Shown: positions 20,934-29,850 of the stretch, piece after piece | Layout: each line of letters begins with the position of its first letter | How positions within the stretch are numbered: position 1 is the first letter of the stretch | Assembly: GCA_043819795.1 (NCBI GenBank) | Contig: JBDREN010000197.1 | Span: 1-47,187, forward strand | Length of the DNA: 47,187 nucleotides | Origin: Elusimicrobiota bacterium | GTDB taxonomy: Bacteria > Elusimicrobiota > Elusimicrobia > UBA1565 | Direction: 5' to 3' | Made by a program: the position numbers and the translations under genes | The notes under the pieces: model-generated | What the model was told of the DNA's origin: nothing | What the model saw: the letters and a program-made list of their open reading frames with translations, nothing else | Databases searched by the model: none

Positions 20934-20944
20934 CAAGCCCGACT

Positions 20945-21574
20945 ATGGGCGGATTCGACGTCGGGCTCAAGGAAACCCTCGCCGCCGGCTGGTTCACGCT
21001 CGGCATCCTCGGCCTGCTCTCCGTCTATTCCACCGGGCTCATCGCTCAACGCTGGATAGTATTCAAGAGGAGCATGGGCTCGGCTCCCGACTTCCTCGCC
21101 CGCCTGCGCCGCTGCGTCGAGTCCGGGAAGCTCAAAGAGGCCCTCGATCTCTGCAAGCGTTATCCGGGCTCCGCCTCGGCCGTGGTCATGGCCAGCATGG
21201 TGGGGCCGAGCGGCAAGGCGGAGCGCCGCGCCGCCGCGGAGCGCACGCTCGAGCGGCAGGTTTCGCGCCTCGAGCACGGGCTCCCCGCCCTCGGCACCAT
21301 CGGCAGCACGGCGCCGTTCATCGGCCTTTTCGGGACCGTGCTCGGCGTCATCCGCGCCTTCCGCGACCTCGCGGGAGCCGCGAACGCCGGTCCGGGGGTG
21401 GTGGCGACGGGCATCTCGGAGGCGCTCTGGGCCACGGCCGCGGGGCTCTTCGTGGCGATCCCGGCGATCATCGCCTACAACTATTTCACGACCCGCGCCA
21501 ACAGCTTCGGCGACGAACTCCGCTGGATCGTCGACGAGATCCTCGAGCGCCTCACGGAGCGGCCAGTCCACTGA
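20945..21574 (+). CDS. MotA/TolQ/ExbB proton channel family protein
   Basis: LGTIGSTAPFIGLFGTVLGVIRAF, GISEALWATAAGLFVAIPAIIAYN. Confidence 0.93.
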   Translation: MGGFDVGLKETLAAGWFTLGILGLLSVYSTGLIAQRWIVFKRSMGSAPDFLARLRRCVESGKLKEALDLCKRYPGSASAVVMASMVGPSGKAERRAAAERTLERQVSRLEHGLPALGTIGSTAPFIGLFGTVLGVIRAFRDLAGAANAGPGVVATGISEALWATAAGLFVAIPAIIAYNYFTTRANSFGDELRWIVDEILERLTERPVH

Positions 21575-21981
21575 TGCACGGGAAGTTCGATCGCGGCAGG
21601 CCGATCGCGGAGATGAACCTCATCCCGCTGATCGACGTCGCGCTCATCCTCGTCATCATCTTCATGATCCTGACGCCGGTGCTCGTCCAGCACCAGCTCA
21701 CGGTGCGCCTGCCCTCATCGACGCAGGGCGAGTCCGGCGAGGCGGAGGCGGCGATCCGGGTGCAGATCGACCGCAGGGGCAACGTCACGATCAACGGCCA
21801 GCCCGTCCGGAGCGGCAAGCTCGAGCGCGAGCTGACGCTCAGGCTCGGCAAGTCGGCGCGCAAGACCGTGCTGGTCCAGGCGGACCGGACCGTCCCGATC
21901 GAGAAGGTGGTCACGGTTCTCGACGTCGCCAAAAAGTTGAAGGTCGGCAAGCTCGGCATCGGGGTCATCCGGAAACCATGA
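21574..21981 (+). CDS. ExbD/TolR biopolymer transport protein
   Basis: EMNLIPLIDVALILVIIFM, VLVQADRTV; start overlaps the upstream stop. Confidence 0.92.
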   Translation: MHGKFDRGRPIAEMNLIPLIDVALILVIIFMILTPVLVQHQLTVRLPSSTQGESGEAEAAIRVQIDRRGNVTINGQPVRSGKLERELTLRLGKSARKTVLVQADRTVPIEKVVTVLDVAKKLKVGKLGIGVIRKP

Positions 21982-22103
21982 CGCCTCCCGAAGGGAGGGG
22001 GGCGCCGGAACCCGGCCGTGCCCCCGCACCGCGCCACGCGCCCGATTCCGGGGGGCGGCGAGTACTGCGACTTTGCCAGGTTGCCGGTGTCTAACCCGCG
22101 GCC

Positions 22104-22895
22104 ATGCCGGAGCTGAACGGATCGATCAAGCCGTATCTCACCTGCTCGGCCGCGAGTCACGCGGCGCTCATCCTGGTGCTGGGGATCGTCCTTCCCAACG
22201 GGGCGGCCGCGCCGGAGAAGGTTTACAGGATCGACTTCATCGGCGCCACCGGAGGGATCATCAACCGGTCCGGGACGCCGGCCCGCCCGAAAGCCCGGGG
22301 GGAAAAGGCCGCCCCGAAACCCGTGACGCTGAAGGCCCCTTTGCCAAAGCGGGTGGCCCCCCAGAAAGACCCCGACGCCTTCAACCTCAAAGCCCGCAAG
22401 CCGCTGGCCCCGCTGCCGCGGCCGAGCTTGCTGGCCCGGCCCGCGCCCTCCGCGGAGAAGCCGGAGCCGGAGATGATCGCCGCAGCCCCGCCCCCCGTCG
22501 AGCCGGCCGAAGCCCCGGCGCCCGCGGAGGAGGCCGAGGTCCCATCGGCGGCCTCGGGGGAGGCGGCCGCCGACGCCGGGGACGACGAGCCCGGCGCCCT
22601 CGTGTCGGCCGACATGCCCGACTTTCCCCACCCTTGGTATCTGACGCGTCTGCGAGCGTCGCTCTGGGATCGCTGGTCGGCGAGGATGCCGCCCGGTCCC
22701 GCCGAATGCGGCGCGGTATTTTCGATCATGCGCAGCGGGAGGGTCGTGGACCTCCGCATCGAATTCACCTCCGGCGACAGAGGCTACGACTACGCCGCGC
22801 TGAGCGCCGTGCGGGACAGCGCTCCGTTCCCGCCGCTGCCCGGCGGCTTCCGCGAGAAGTTCCTCAAGGTCCATGTCCAGTTCCGGTCGCGGTGA
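22104..22895 (+). CDS. TonB/TolA-like energy transducer
   Basis: TM helix with SAASH, Pro/Ala/Lys-rich linker, C-terminal FSIMRSGRV...SGDRGYDYAALSAV...PFPPLP. Confidence 0.85.
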   Translation: MPELNGSIKPYLTCSAASHAALILVLGIVLPNGAAAPEKVYRIDFIGATGGIINRSGTPARPKARGEKAAPKPVTLKAPLPKRVAPQKDPDAFNLKARKPLAPLPRPSLLARPAPSAEKPEPEMIAAAPPPVEPAEAPAPAEEAEVPSAASGEAAADAGDDEPGALVSADMPDFPHPWYLTRLRASLWDRWSARMPPGPAECGAVFSIMRSGRVVDLRIEFTSGDRGYDYAALSAVRDSAPFPPLPGGFREKFLKVHVQFRSR

Positions 22896-22977
22896 GGTGA
22901 GCGCGGCCGCAATATGCTATCATGGATGTCGGCGGGGCGCCTGGCAGGGCGCGTCTTCTTAGGATAGGAGATCACGC

Positions 22978-23133
22978 ATGGCCCGAGAAATCTGCGAGAA
23001 GTGTCGCAAGCCCATGGCGGCGAACAAGCGGTGGTTCCAATGCTCCAAGTGCCACGCTTGGTTCTGCCCGAGCTGCATGGACCGCTTCTGCCTTTTCTGC
23101 CGGGCTCCCGTCAACCAGATCCAGCCCCGCTGA
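22978..23133 (+). CDS. 51-aa C4C4 RING-like zinc-finger microprotein (absent from ORF track)
   Basis: Translated by hand: MAREICEKCRKPMAANKRWFQCSKCHAWFCPSCMDRFCLFCRAPVNQIQPR*; AGGAG RBS at 22966-22970, extended -10 TGcTATCAT at 22915-22923, terminator downstream. Confidence 0.85.
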   Translation: MAREICEKCRKPMAANKRWFQCSKCHAWFCPSCMDRFCLFCRAPVNQIQPR

Positions 23134-23152
23134 CCGACGCCTCCGATCGATG

Positions 23153-23186
23153 AAACGGGCTCTCCCGGGAGGGAGAGCCCGTTTTT
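23153..23186. terminator. Rho-independent terminator, probably bidirectional
   Basis: AAACGGGCTCTCCC-ggga-GGGAGAGCCCGTTT-TT, 14-bp perfect stem. Confidence 0.8.
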
Positions 23187-23189
23187 CAA

Positions 23190-23205
23190 TGGTGCGCCCG
23201 GCAGG
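23190..23205 (-). mobile_element. tRNA-Arg-like 3' end fragment; candidate att site / island boundary
   Basis: Minus strand CCTGCCGGGCGCACCA resembles the T-stem 3' half, acceptor strand and CCA of bacterial tRNA-Arg; rest of tRNA absent. Confidence 0.6.
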
Positions 23206-23241
23206 GAATCCCGCGCCGCTGCCGGGACTCCTCAGCCGGAC

Positions 23242-23475
23242 TCAACGCACCACGGCAAGCTTGCCCGAGCTCCAGATGCCGGCCTCTCCGGACTTCTCGG
23301 CCTCGATCGTGTACAGGTAGACGCCGCTGGGGATGCGGCCGCCCCACGCGTACTCGTAGGCGTATTTCGCCCCGCTGCCGTCGTCGACGACGGCAGGCGT
23401 CCCCTCAAGGGTCGCCTGGTGCACCTGCTGGCCCGCCACGTTGTAGATGCGCAGCGTCACCTTGTCCGCTATCCC
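23242..23475 (-). pseudogene. Remnant of a FlgD-Ig / T9SS-CTD-like C-terminal domain from a large secreted protein
   Basis: GIADKVTLRIYNVAG...YEYAW...PSGVYLYTI...GKLAVVR*; the upstream in-frame sequence looks unrelated, with no YPNP-type start or signal peptide. Confidence 0.65.
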
Positions 23476-23731
23476 GGCTGCGTCCTTCGCTCTGTGCGCG
23501 GACGCCGCGCGGGACTCCATCAAGCGGCGGGAGCATCGAGGCTTCTCCTGATTCAGGCGGACGCCCGTCGGAGCACACGGCCGCGCGCCCCTCGCGCGGA
23601 GCTCGTGACGAAAATCACGCCTACCCGTGACCAAAGTCACGTTGCCCCCGCGCGTTCCTCATGCTAAACAATTGAATGGGTCTTGGCGGGCGAACGAAGG
23701 CGACCACCGTTCGGAATACCGCGAGGTGATG

Positions 23732-24109
23732 ATGGCCACAAAGGTTCTCGTCGTCGATGATGAAGAGGATTACCGGACCATAGTGAAGACCGTTTTGGAG
23801 GACGCCGGCTATGAGGTCCGCCTGGCCGAAGGCGGCGAGCAAGGCCTGAGCGCCGTCGAGGAGTACCAGCCCGAGATGATCCTGCTCGACTGGACCATGC
23901 CGGAGCAGGAAGGCCCCAGCTTCGTGCAGAAGGTGCGCAGCTCGGGCGCCCGGAAGGACGTCCCCGTCATCGTCCTGACCGAGCAAGAGTTTCCCGACCA
24001 GGAGCCTGACGACCTGCCTTCGGATGTGGACGACTTCATCGGCAAGCCCTTCGAGAGGGGCGATCTGCTGACCCGGCTTCAGGCGATGCTCTGGCGCGTC
24101 CCCACCTGA
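23732..24109 (+). CDS. Single-domain response regulator (receiver)
   Basis: KVLVVDDEED, ILLDWTMP, IVLT, FIGKPF; GAGG RBS. Confidence 0.9.
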   Translation: MATKVLVVDDEEDYRTIVKTVLEDAGYEVRLAEGGEQGLSAVEEYQPEMILLDWTMPEQEGPSFVQKVRSSGARKDVPVIVLTEQEFPDQEPDDLPSDVDDFIGKPFERGDLLTRLQAMLWRVPT

Positions 24110-24293
24110 AGCCCGCTCTCCACCCTCACGCGCGCCCTCCGTCCCGCCGGCTCCTGATTCAATCGGGTATCTTCCCGAAGGCTCACGCGAAATGCTGTAA
24201 TCCGCTGCGATAGGGGACCCGTGCGGTCCGTTTCCCCGGGCGCGGGCGCTGCTGGCGAAGTAGGGCCGACCCCTTCCGATCCGGAGAAATAAG

Positions 24294-25790
24294 ATGACGA
24301 GCAACGCCACCGTCTGCATCGGGGCCGGGGTGCTGGTGTACCTCGCCGGCATGCTGGGGGTGGGGTACCTGGCCGCCCGGCGCATCGAGAACGCCGAGGA
24401 CTACCTCGTGGGGGGCAGGAACCTCCCCATATGGCTTGTGACGGCAACGATCTTCGCGGGGTGGTGGGGGGGCGAGACCGTCCTCGGAGCCTCAGGGATC
24501 GCCTACCGCGACGGGATCATGGGCACGGTCTACGACCCTTGGGCCATCGGGGGCTGCCTGATCCTGGCGGGCCTTTTCTACATGAAGACCATCCGGAAGA
24601 TGAGGCTGGTCTCTTTGGCGTCGTTCTTCCGGATCCGCTTCGGCCCCAAGGCCCTGTTGGTGGTCTCGCTCCTCTTCATCCCCGAGTACGTGGTCTGGAC
24701 CGCGGCCCAGATCCTGGGGATCGGCAAACTCTTCCACGCCATCCTCGGGTGGGACCTGATCTGGACCTCCATCCTGGGAGCCGCCGTCGTCATCGCCTAC
24801 ACCTTGGCCGGGGGCATCCTCGCGGTGGTCTGGACGGACTTCGTGCAGAGCCTGCTCATCCTTCTCGGCATCTGCCTGATCCTGCCGCTGGCGATCTCGG
24901 CCGCCGGGGGGTGGTCGGAGGTCGTGGCGCGGGTGCCGGAGGAGCACTGGAGGCTTTTCCCGGCGTTCGGGGACTGGAAGACCTGGCTCTGGTGGTTCGC
25001 CGCCTTCACCGGGATCGCCCTGGGCAGCATCCCGGCCCCCGATCTGATGCAGCGCGCGATGGTCGCCCGCAGCCCCGAGGTGGCGGCCCGCTCGTCCATC
25101 CTGGCGGGGACGCTCTACTGGACCTTGGGGGGCATCCCGCTGCTCCTCGGGCTCATCGCCTTCCCGCTGGTAGCGAAGGGGATCCTCCCGGCCGAGCGGA
25201 TCGCGCAGGACGCGGAGCTCATCGTCCCCCTGATGGCAACCCACCTGCTGCATCCGCTGATGGCGGCGGTGTTCGTGGGAGCCCTGTTGGCCGGGATCAT
25301 GTCTTCGGCCGACACCGCGCTGTTCGCCCCCGCCACTATCATCTCCAACGACCTGCTCAAGCCCTACTTGGAGAGGCGCCGGGGCCGGGCGCTGGGAGAC
25401 CGGGAGTTCCTCGCCCTGTCCCGGTACTCGGTGCTCGGGGTCGGGATACTGGCGACGGTCGTGAGCGCCTATTCCGACACGCTCTACGGCCTGCTCGTCA
25501 TCGCGTTCACCTACGTCTGGCACACGATCTTCTTCCCGTTCACCCTCGGCCTTTATTGGGAAAAGACCACCGAGCGGGGCGCCTTGGCGGGGATGTTCGC
25601 CGGGGCGGTGACCTTCCTGTTCGGGGCCGTCCCCCAGTTGACGACGACCCCGCAGCCCGAGCCGCTCTGGACCTTGGTCCCGGCCCTTTTCTCGGGCCTG
25701 GCGACGGTCCTGGTCTCCCGGTGGACCCAGAAGTCCGACCCCCCGAAACCGCTGACCACGGAGGACGGCGAGCTCCTCGCCAAGTGCTGA
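24294..25790 (+). CDS. Sodium:solute symporter (SSS family)
   Basis: DYLVGGRNLP, YTLAGGILAVVWTDFVQ, AGIMSSADTAL; many TM helices. Confidence 0.93.
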   Translation: MTSNATVCIGAGVLVYLAGMLGVGYLAARRIENAEDYLVGGRNLPIWLVTATIFAGWWGGETVLGASGIAYRDGIMGTVYDPWAIGGCLILAGLFYMKTIRKMRLVSLASFFRIRFGPKALLVVSLLFIPEYVVWTAAQILGIGKLFHAILGWDLIWTSILGAAVVIAYTLAGGILAVVWTDFVQSLLILLGICLILPLAISAAGGWSEVVARVPEEHWRLFPAFGDWKTWLWWFAAFTGIALGSIPAPDLMQRAMVARSPEVAARSSILAGTLYWTLGGIPLLLGLIAFPLVAKGILPAERIAQDAELIVPLMATHLLHPLMAAVFVGALLAGIMSSADTALFAPATIISNDLLKPYLERRRGRALGDREFLALSRYSVLGVGILATVVSAYSDTLYGLLVIAFTYVWHTIFFPFTLGLYWEKTTERGALAGMFAGAVTFLFGAVPQLTTTPQPEPLWTLVPALFSGLATVLVSRWTQKSDPPKPLTTEDGELLAKC

Positions 25791-25808
25791 GGCGCTCCCC
25801 GGCGCGTG

Positions 25809-25837
25809 TTGAACCCTCGATGCCGTTATAGTAAAAT
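25809..25837 (+). promoter_or_regulatory. sigma70 promoter upstream of gabT (TTGAAC-17-TAAAAT)
   Basis: TTGAAC at 25809-25814 and TAAAAT at 25832-25837 in an AT-rich intergenic patch. Confidence 0.6.
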
Positions 25838-25878
25838 GCTTTTTCAATAGAGAGTCGCCTTCCCCCTCTGGAGCGCCG

Positions 25879-27240
25879 ATGCCCAAGTCCGTCAAGCAAG
25901 CCGAGCCTCGCCAGCGCCGGGACCGTTCCATCCGGCTGCAGAAACGGCGGCTCAAGTCCGTCCCTCGGGCCGTGTTCTCCTTCTCCCAGATCGCCGTGGC
26001 CGACGCCCAGGGGGCCCGGATCCGCGACGTGGACGGCAACGACTACATCGACTTCGGGGGCGGCCTCGGGTGCCTGAACGTCGGGCACCGCCATCCCTCC
26101 GTCGTCGCGGCCCTGAAGGAGCAGATCGGGCGGTTCCACCACGTCTGCTTCCACGTCTGCAATTACGAGGGATACGTCCGGCTGGCCGAGCGGCTCTGCC
26201 TCTCGTGCCCGGGGGATTTCGCCAAGAAAGCCGTTCTTCTCAACAGCGGGGCCGAGGCGGTCGAGAACGCGGTCAAGGCCGCGAAGGTGTTCACTGGACG
26301 GCCGGAGGTGATCTCCTTCGACCTGGGCTTCCACGGCCGCACCAGCATGGGCATGGCCCTCACCGGCAAGGACACCCCGTACCGCAAGGGGTTCGGCCCG
26401 TTCCCGCCGGGCGTCCATCACGCGACCTACCCCTATCCCTATCGCCCCCCGGCCGGCGTGAGAGCGGAGGACCTGACCGAGCACTGCCTGAGCGAGCTCG
26501 TGAGGCTTCTGGCCACGCGGACCTCCCCGGACCGGGTGGCCGCCGTGGTCGTCGAGCCTCTTCAGGGAGAGGGGGGGTTCATCGTCCCGACTCCCGGCTT
26601 CCTCCCGGGCGTGCGGAGGCTCTGCAAGCGCTTCGGCATCCTGCTCATCGTCGACGAGGTCCAGACCGGAGTGGGCCGCACCGGAAGGATGTGGGCGTGC
26701 GAGCATTCCGGCGTGGTCCCCGACCTGATGACCGTGGGCAAGTCGCTCGCGGCCGGGCTGCCGCTCTCCGCGGTGGTGGGCCGCGCGGACGTGCTCGACG
26801 CGGTTCCCGTGGGGGGCCTGGGAGGCACCTACGGGGGCAACCCCCTCGCCTGCGCCGCGGCCCTGGCCGTGCTCGACGTCTTCGAGCGCGAGGACCTTCT
26901 GGCGCGCGCCGCGAAGCTGGGGACGATCATCGAGACGCGCTTCGACGCGATGGCCGAACGGTGTCCGGGGGTCGGGGATTCCCGCGGTTTGGGACCGATG
27001 CGGGCGATCGAGCTGGTCAAGGACCGGAAGTCAAAGGCCCCGATCCCGGCCCAGACGACCGGGGAGATCCTCGACGCCTGCGCCGAGCGCGGCCTGCTGA
27101 TCCTGAAAGCCGGACTATACGGCAACGTGATCCGCTGCCTGGTGCCGCTGAACGCCTCGGAGGCGAAAGTCCGACGGGGCCTCGACATCCTGGAGGAGGT
27201 CGTCTCCGGGAAGCTTTCGACTTCCAAGGAGAAACGTTGA
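25879..27240 (+). CDS. gabT: 4-aminobutyrate (or 5-aminovalerate) aminotransferase, class III PLP
   Basis: NSGAEAVENAVK, GFHGRT, EPLQGEGGF, DEVQTGVGRTG, GKSLAAGLPLS, GGTYGGNP. Confidence 0.88.
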   Translation: MPKSVKQAEPRQRRDRSIRLQKRRLKSVPRAVFSFSQIAVADAQGARIRDVDGNDYIDFGGGLGCLNVGHRHPSVVAALKEQIGRFHHVCFHVCNYEGYVRLAERLCLSCPGDFAKKAVLLNSGAEAVENAVKAAKVFTGRPEVISFDLGFHGRTSMGMALTGKDTPYRKGFGPFPPGVHHATYPYPYRPPAGVRAEDLTEHCLSELVRLLATRTSPDRVAAVVVEPLQGEGGFIVPTPGFLPGVRRLCKRFGILLIVDEVQTGVGRTGRMWACEHSGVVPDLMTVGKSLAAGLPLSAVVGRADVLDAVPVGGLGGTYGGNPLACAAALAVLDVFEREDLLARAAKLGTIIETRFDAMAERCPGVGDSRGLGPMRAIELVKDRKSKAPIPAQTTGEILDACAERGLLILKAGLYGNVIRCLVPLNASEAKVRRGLDILEEVVSGKLSTSKEKR

Positions 27241-27241
27241 T

Positions 27242-28417
27242 ATGAAGATCGCCGTTGTTGGAGCGTTCGGCCAGATGGGAGAGGCCTGCCTCTACGACCT
27301 CTGCGCCTCCCCCGGGGTCACCCGCGTGCTGGCGGCGGACCGCACTCTGGCCCGCTCCCGCGCCGTGCTGCGGCGCATTCCCCGCGGACGCAAGGCGCGG
27401 GCCATCGCCTTGGACCTCGCCTCTCCCGCCGCCCGCCGCAAGCTGGCGGGCTCCAAGGTGCTGGTGAACTGCGCCTGGTACGAGTTCAATCTCGAGGCGA
27501 TGAAGCTGGCCTTGGCGCTCAAGGCCCACTACGTGGACCTCGGCGGCCTTTATCACATGGCCCTCAAGCAGCTGCGGCTGCATCCCGACTTCCGCCGGGC
27601 CGGCCGCACCGCGGTCCTGGGCTGCGGCTCCACGCCGGGCATCACGAACATGATGGCGGCCCGGCTCGCGGGGAAGCTCGACCGCCTCAAGAGCCTCAAG
27701 ATCTACAACGTGAGCCAGGACCCCTCCGAGCCCGGGGGAGACTTCCTGCCTCCGTTCTCGATCCGGACCATGCTCGACGAGGGCGAGATGCCCGCCCCGG
27801 TGCTCTCGGGCGGCCGTCTCAAGACGGTCCCGGCCTTCAGCGCGGAGGAAGCGGTCTCCTTCCCGCCTCCGTTCGGGCGCGGGCTCGCCGGAGCCCTCAT
27901 CCACTCCGAGCTAGCGACCCTCCCCGCGGCGTACAAGAAGAAGGGCCTGAAGGACTGCTTTTTCAAGCTCGTCTACCCCGAGGCGGTCAGGCGGCAGCTT
28001 TCGCTCCTCATGGCGATGGGTTTCTCGAGCGAGGAGCCGATGGAGATCAACGGGGCCAGGATATCGCCCCGGGACTTCCTCACGGGCATGGCGCTCAAGG
28101 GGCTGGCCAAGTCCACCGGGATCCCGCAGGACGTGGAGATGCTGCGCGTGGTGGCCGAGGGGAGCGCCGGGGGTAAAGCCGTTGCGATCACTTCGGACTG
28201 CTCGTTCCGATCCGCGTTCGGCCTGTCGGCCGGGGCCATGGGGGTGGGCTTCCCGGCCTCCATCGCGGCCCAGATGGCCGCCGCGGGCTCCACGGCCCCC
28301 GGGGCCTTTGCTCCCGAGAGCGTCCTGCCGGTGGACCCGTTCTTCAAGGAGCTGGAGCGCCGCAAGATATTCCGTCTCAAATCGACGGCTCGAAAAGGCG
28401 GGCGTTCGAACCGGTAA
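27242..28417 (+). CDS. Saccharopine dehydrogenase-family NAD(P) oxidoreductase (lysine 6-dehydrogenase / carboxyspermidine dehydrogenase-like)
   Basis: Rossmann GAFGQMG, AHYVDLGG, GCGSTPGITN, HSELATLP, GAFAPE. Confidence 0.82.
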   Translation: MKIAVVGAFGQMGEACLYDLCASPGVTRVLAADRTLARSRAVLRRIPRGRKARAIALDLASPAARRKLAGSKVLVNCAWYEFNLEAMKLALALKAHYVDLGGLYHMALKQLRLHPDFRRAGRTAVLGCGSTPGITNMMAARLAGKLDRLKSLKIYNVSQDPSEPGGDFLPPFSIRTMLDEGEMPAPVLSGGRLKTVPAFSAEEAVSFPPPFGRGLAGALIHSELATLPAAYKKKGLKDCFFKLVYPEAVRRQLSLLMAMGFSSEEPMEINGARISPRDFLTGMALKGLAKSTGIPQDVEMLRVVAEGSAGGKAVAITSDCSFRSAFGLSAGAMGVGFPASIAAQMAAAGSTAPGAFAPESVLPVDPFFKELERRKIFRLKSTARKGGRSNR

Positions 28418-28429
28418 GGAGCATAGACC

Positions 28430-29812
28430 GTGGCCTTCGACAGCAAAGAGATCCTCAGACAGACCCGGGACATCCTCCACCTCATCGGCCAGGATGAGTT
28501 GAGCGAGGAGCAGCGGCAGTGGCTCCTGCAGACGACGCTCCAGGGATACGCCGACCACATCAACCCGGGCATCATCGAGTACCGCAAGGCGGTCTCGACC
28601 GACTACGCCGCGATCGAGTGGAAGGACGGCGGCAACCACTTCACCGACATCAACGGACGCCGCTACGTCGACCTTCTGGGAGGCTTCGGGATCTACAACA
28701 CGGGCCACCGCCATCCCAAGGTGGTCAAGGCCGTCGTGGATCAGCTCAAGCGCCAGGCGCTGCACAGCCAGGAGCTCTTGGAGCCGTTCCGGGCCGTGCT
28801 GGCCAAGCTCCTGGCCGAGCTCACCCCCCGGGGCCTGGACTTCAGCTTCTTCGGGAACTCGGGCACCGAGGCCATCGAAGGCGCGATGAAGCTCGCCATG
28901 CTCCACACGGGCCGAAAATCCTTCGTGGCCGCGGTCCAGGGCTTTCACGGGAAGACCCTCGGGGCCCTGTCCTGCACCGCCCAGGCCAAGTACCGCCAGC
29001 CCTTCCTTCCCATCCTCCCGGACTGCTACCACGTTCCCTTCGGCGACGCCGCGGCGATGGAGGACATGCTCACCTCCGCCGACAAGGTCGGCAACGACAT
29101 CGCGGCCGTGGTCCTCGAGCCCATCCAGGGGGAGGGCGGCATCCACGTGCCGCCGGACGACTACCTCCCCAAGGTGCGGGAGCTCTGCGACCGGTTCGGG
29201 GCGCTGCTGGTCCTCGACGAGATTCAGACCGGGATGGGCCGCACCGGCCGCATGTTCGCGTGCGAGCACTGGGACGTGGTCCCGGACGTGCTCTGCCTCG
29301 GCAAGTCCCTCGGGGGGGGAGTGATGCCGATCGGGGCCTTCGTCTCGTCGCGGCCCATCTGGGAGCACCTCTTCAGCAACCCCTTCCTGCACTCGACCAC
29401 TTTCGGCGGCAACCCCCTGGCCTGCGTGGCGGCCATCGCCGGCATCCACGTCCTCATCGAGGAGAACCTGCTCGAGCGGGCCGAGCAGACGGGGAACGTC
29501 GTCATCGACAAGCTCAGGGCCCTGGCGCGCCGCTTCCCCAAGCTGTGCGTGGACGTCCGGGGCAAGGGCCTCATGCTCGGGATCGAGTTCCCTTCCGACG
29601 AGATCGGCTTCGACGTGGCCAAGGGGCTCTTCGACAACGGGGTCCTGGTGGCCGGGACGCTCTTCTCCGCCAAGACCGTCCGCATCGAGCCCCCTCTCAC
29701 CATCAGCCTTGAGGAGATGGATGGGGCCCTCGCCGTGATGGAGAGGGTCTTCAATGACGTCAACGAGGCCCATTTTCCGCCCAAACCCACACGGGTCGCC
29801 CCGCAGCCTTGA
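28430..29812 (+). CDS. patA: Putrescine aminotransferase
   Basis: HINPGIIEYRKAV, QALHSQELLEP, FHGKTLGALS, NPFLHSTTFGGNPLAC, KTVRIEPPLTI resemble YgjG/PatA; AAGGAG RBS. Confidence 0.9.
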   Translation: MAFDSKEILRQTRDILHLIGQDELSEEQRQWLLQTTLQGYADHINPGIIEYRKAVSTDYAAIEWKDGGNHFTDINGRRYVDLLGGFGIYNTGHRHPKVVKAVVDQLKRQALHSQELLEPFRAVLAKLLAELTPRGLDFSFFGNSGTEAIEGAMKLAMLHTGRKSFVAAVQGFHGKTLGALSCTAQAKYRQPFLPILPDCYHVPFGDAAAMEDMLTSADKVGNDIAAVVLEPIQGEGGIHVPPDDYLPKVRELCDRFGALLVLDEIQTGMGRTGRMFACEHWDVVPDVLCLGKSLGGGVMPIGAFVSSRPIWEHLFSNPFLHSTTFGGNPLACVAAIAGIHVLIEENLLERAEQTGNVVIDKLRALARRFPKLCVDVRGKGLMLGIEFPSDEIGFDVAKGLFDNGVLVAGTLFSAKTVRIEPPLTISLEEMDGALAVMERVFNDVNEAHFPPKPTRVAPQP

Positions 29813-29850
29813 GCGTGCCGCCGACCGAAGAGCGCCCAGGAGGAACCTCC

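Noticed and set aside
23190..23270. Complete tRNA gene
   Set aside because: Only the last ~16 nt match; no GTTCRA T-loop, anticodon arm or complementary 5' acceptor strand
27242..28417. Polyamine biosynthesis role (carboxyspermidine synthase)
   Set aside because: No carboxyspermidine decarboxylase nearby and all neighbours are catabolic; not excluded but unsupported
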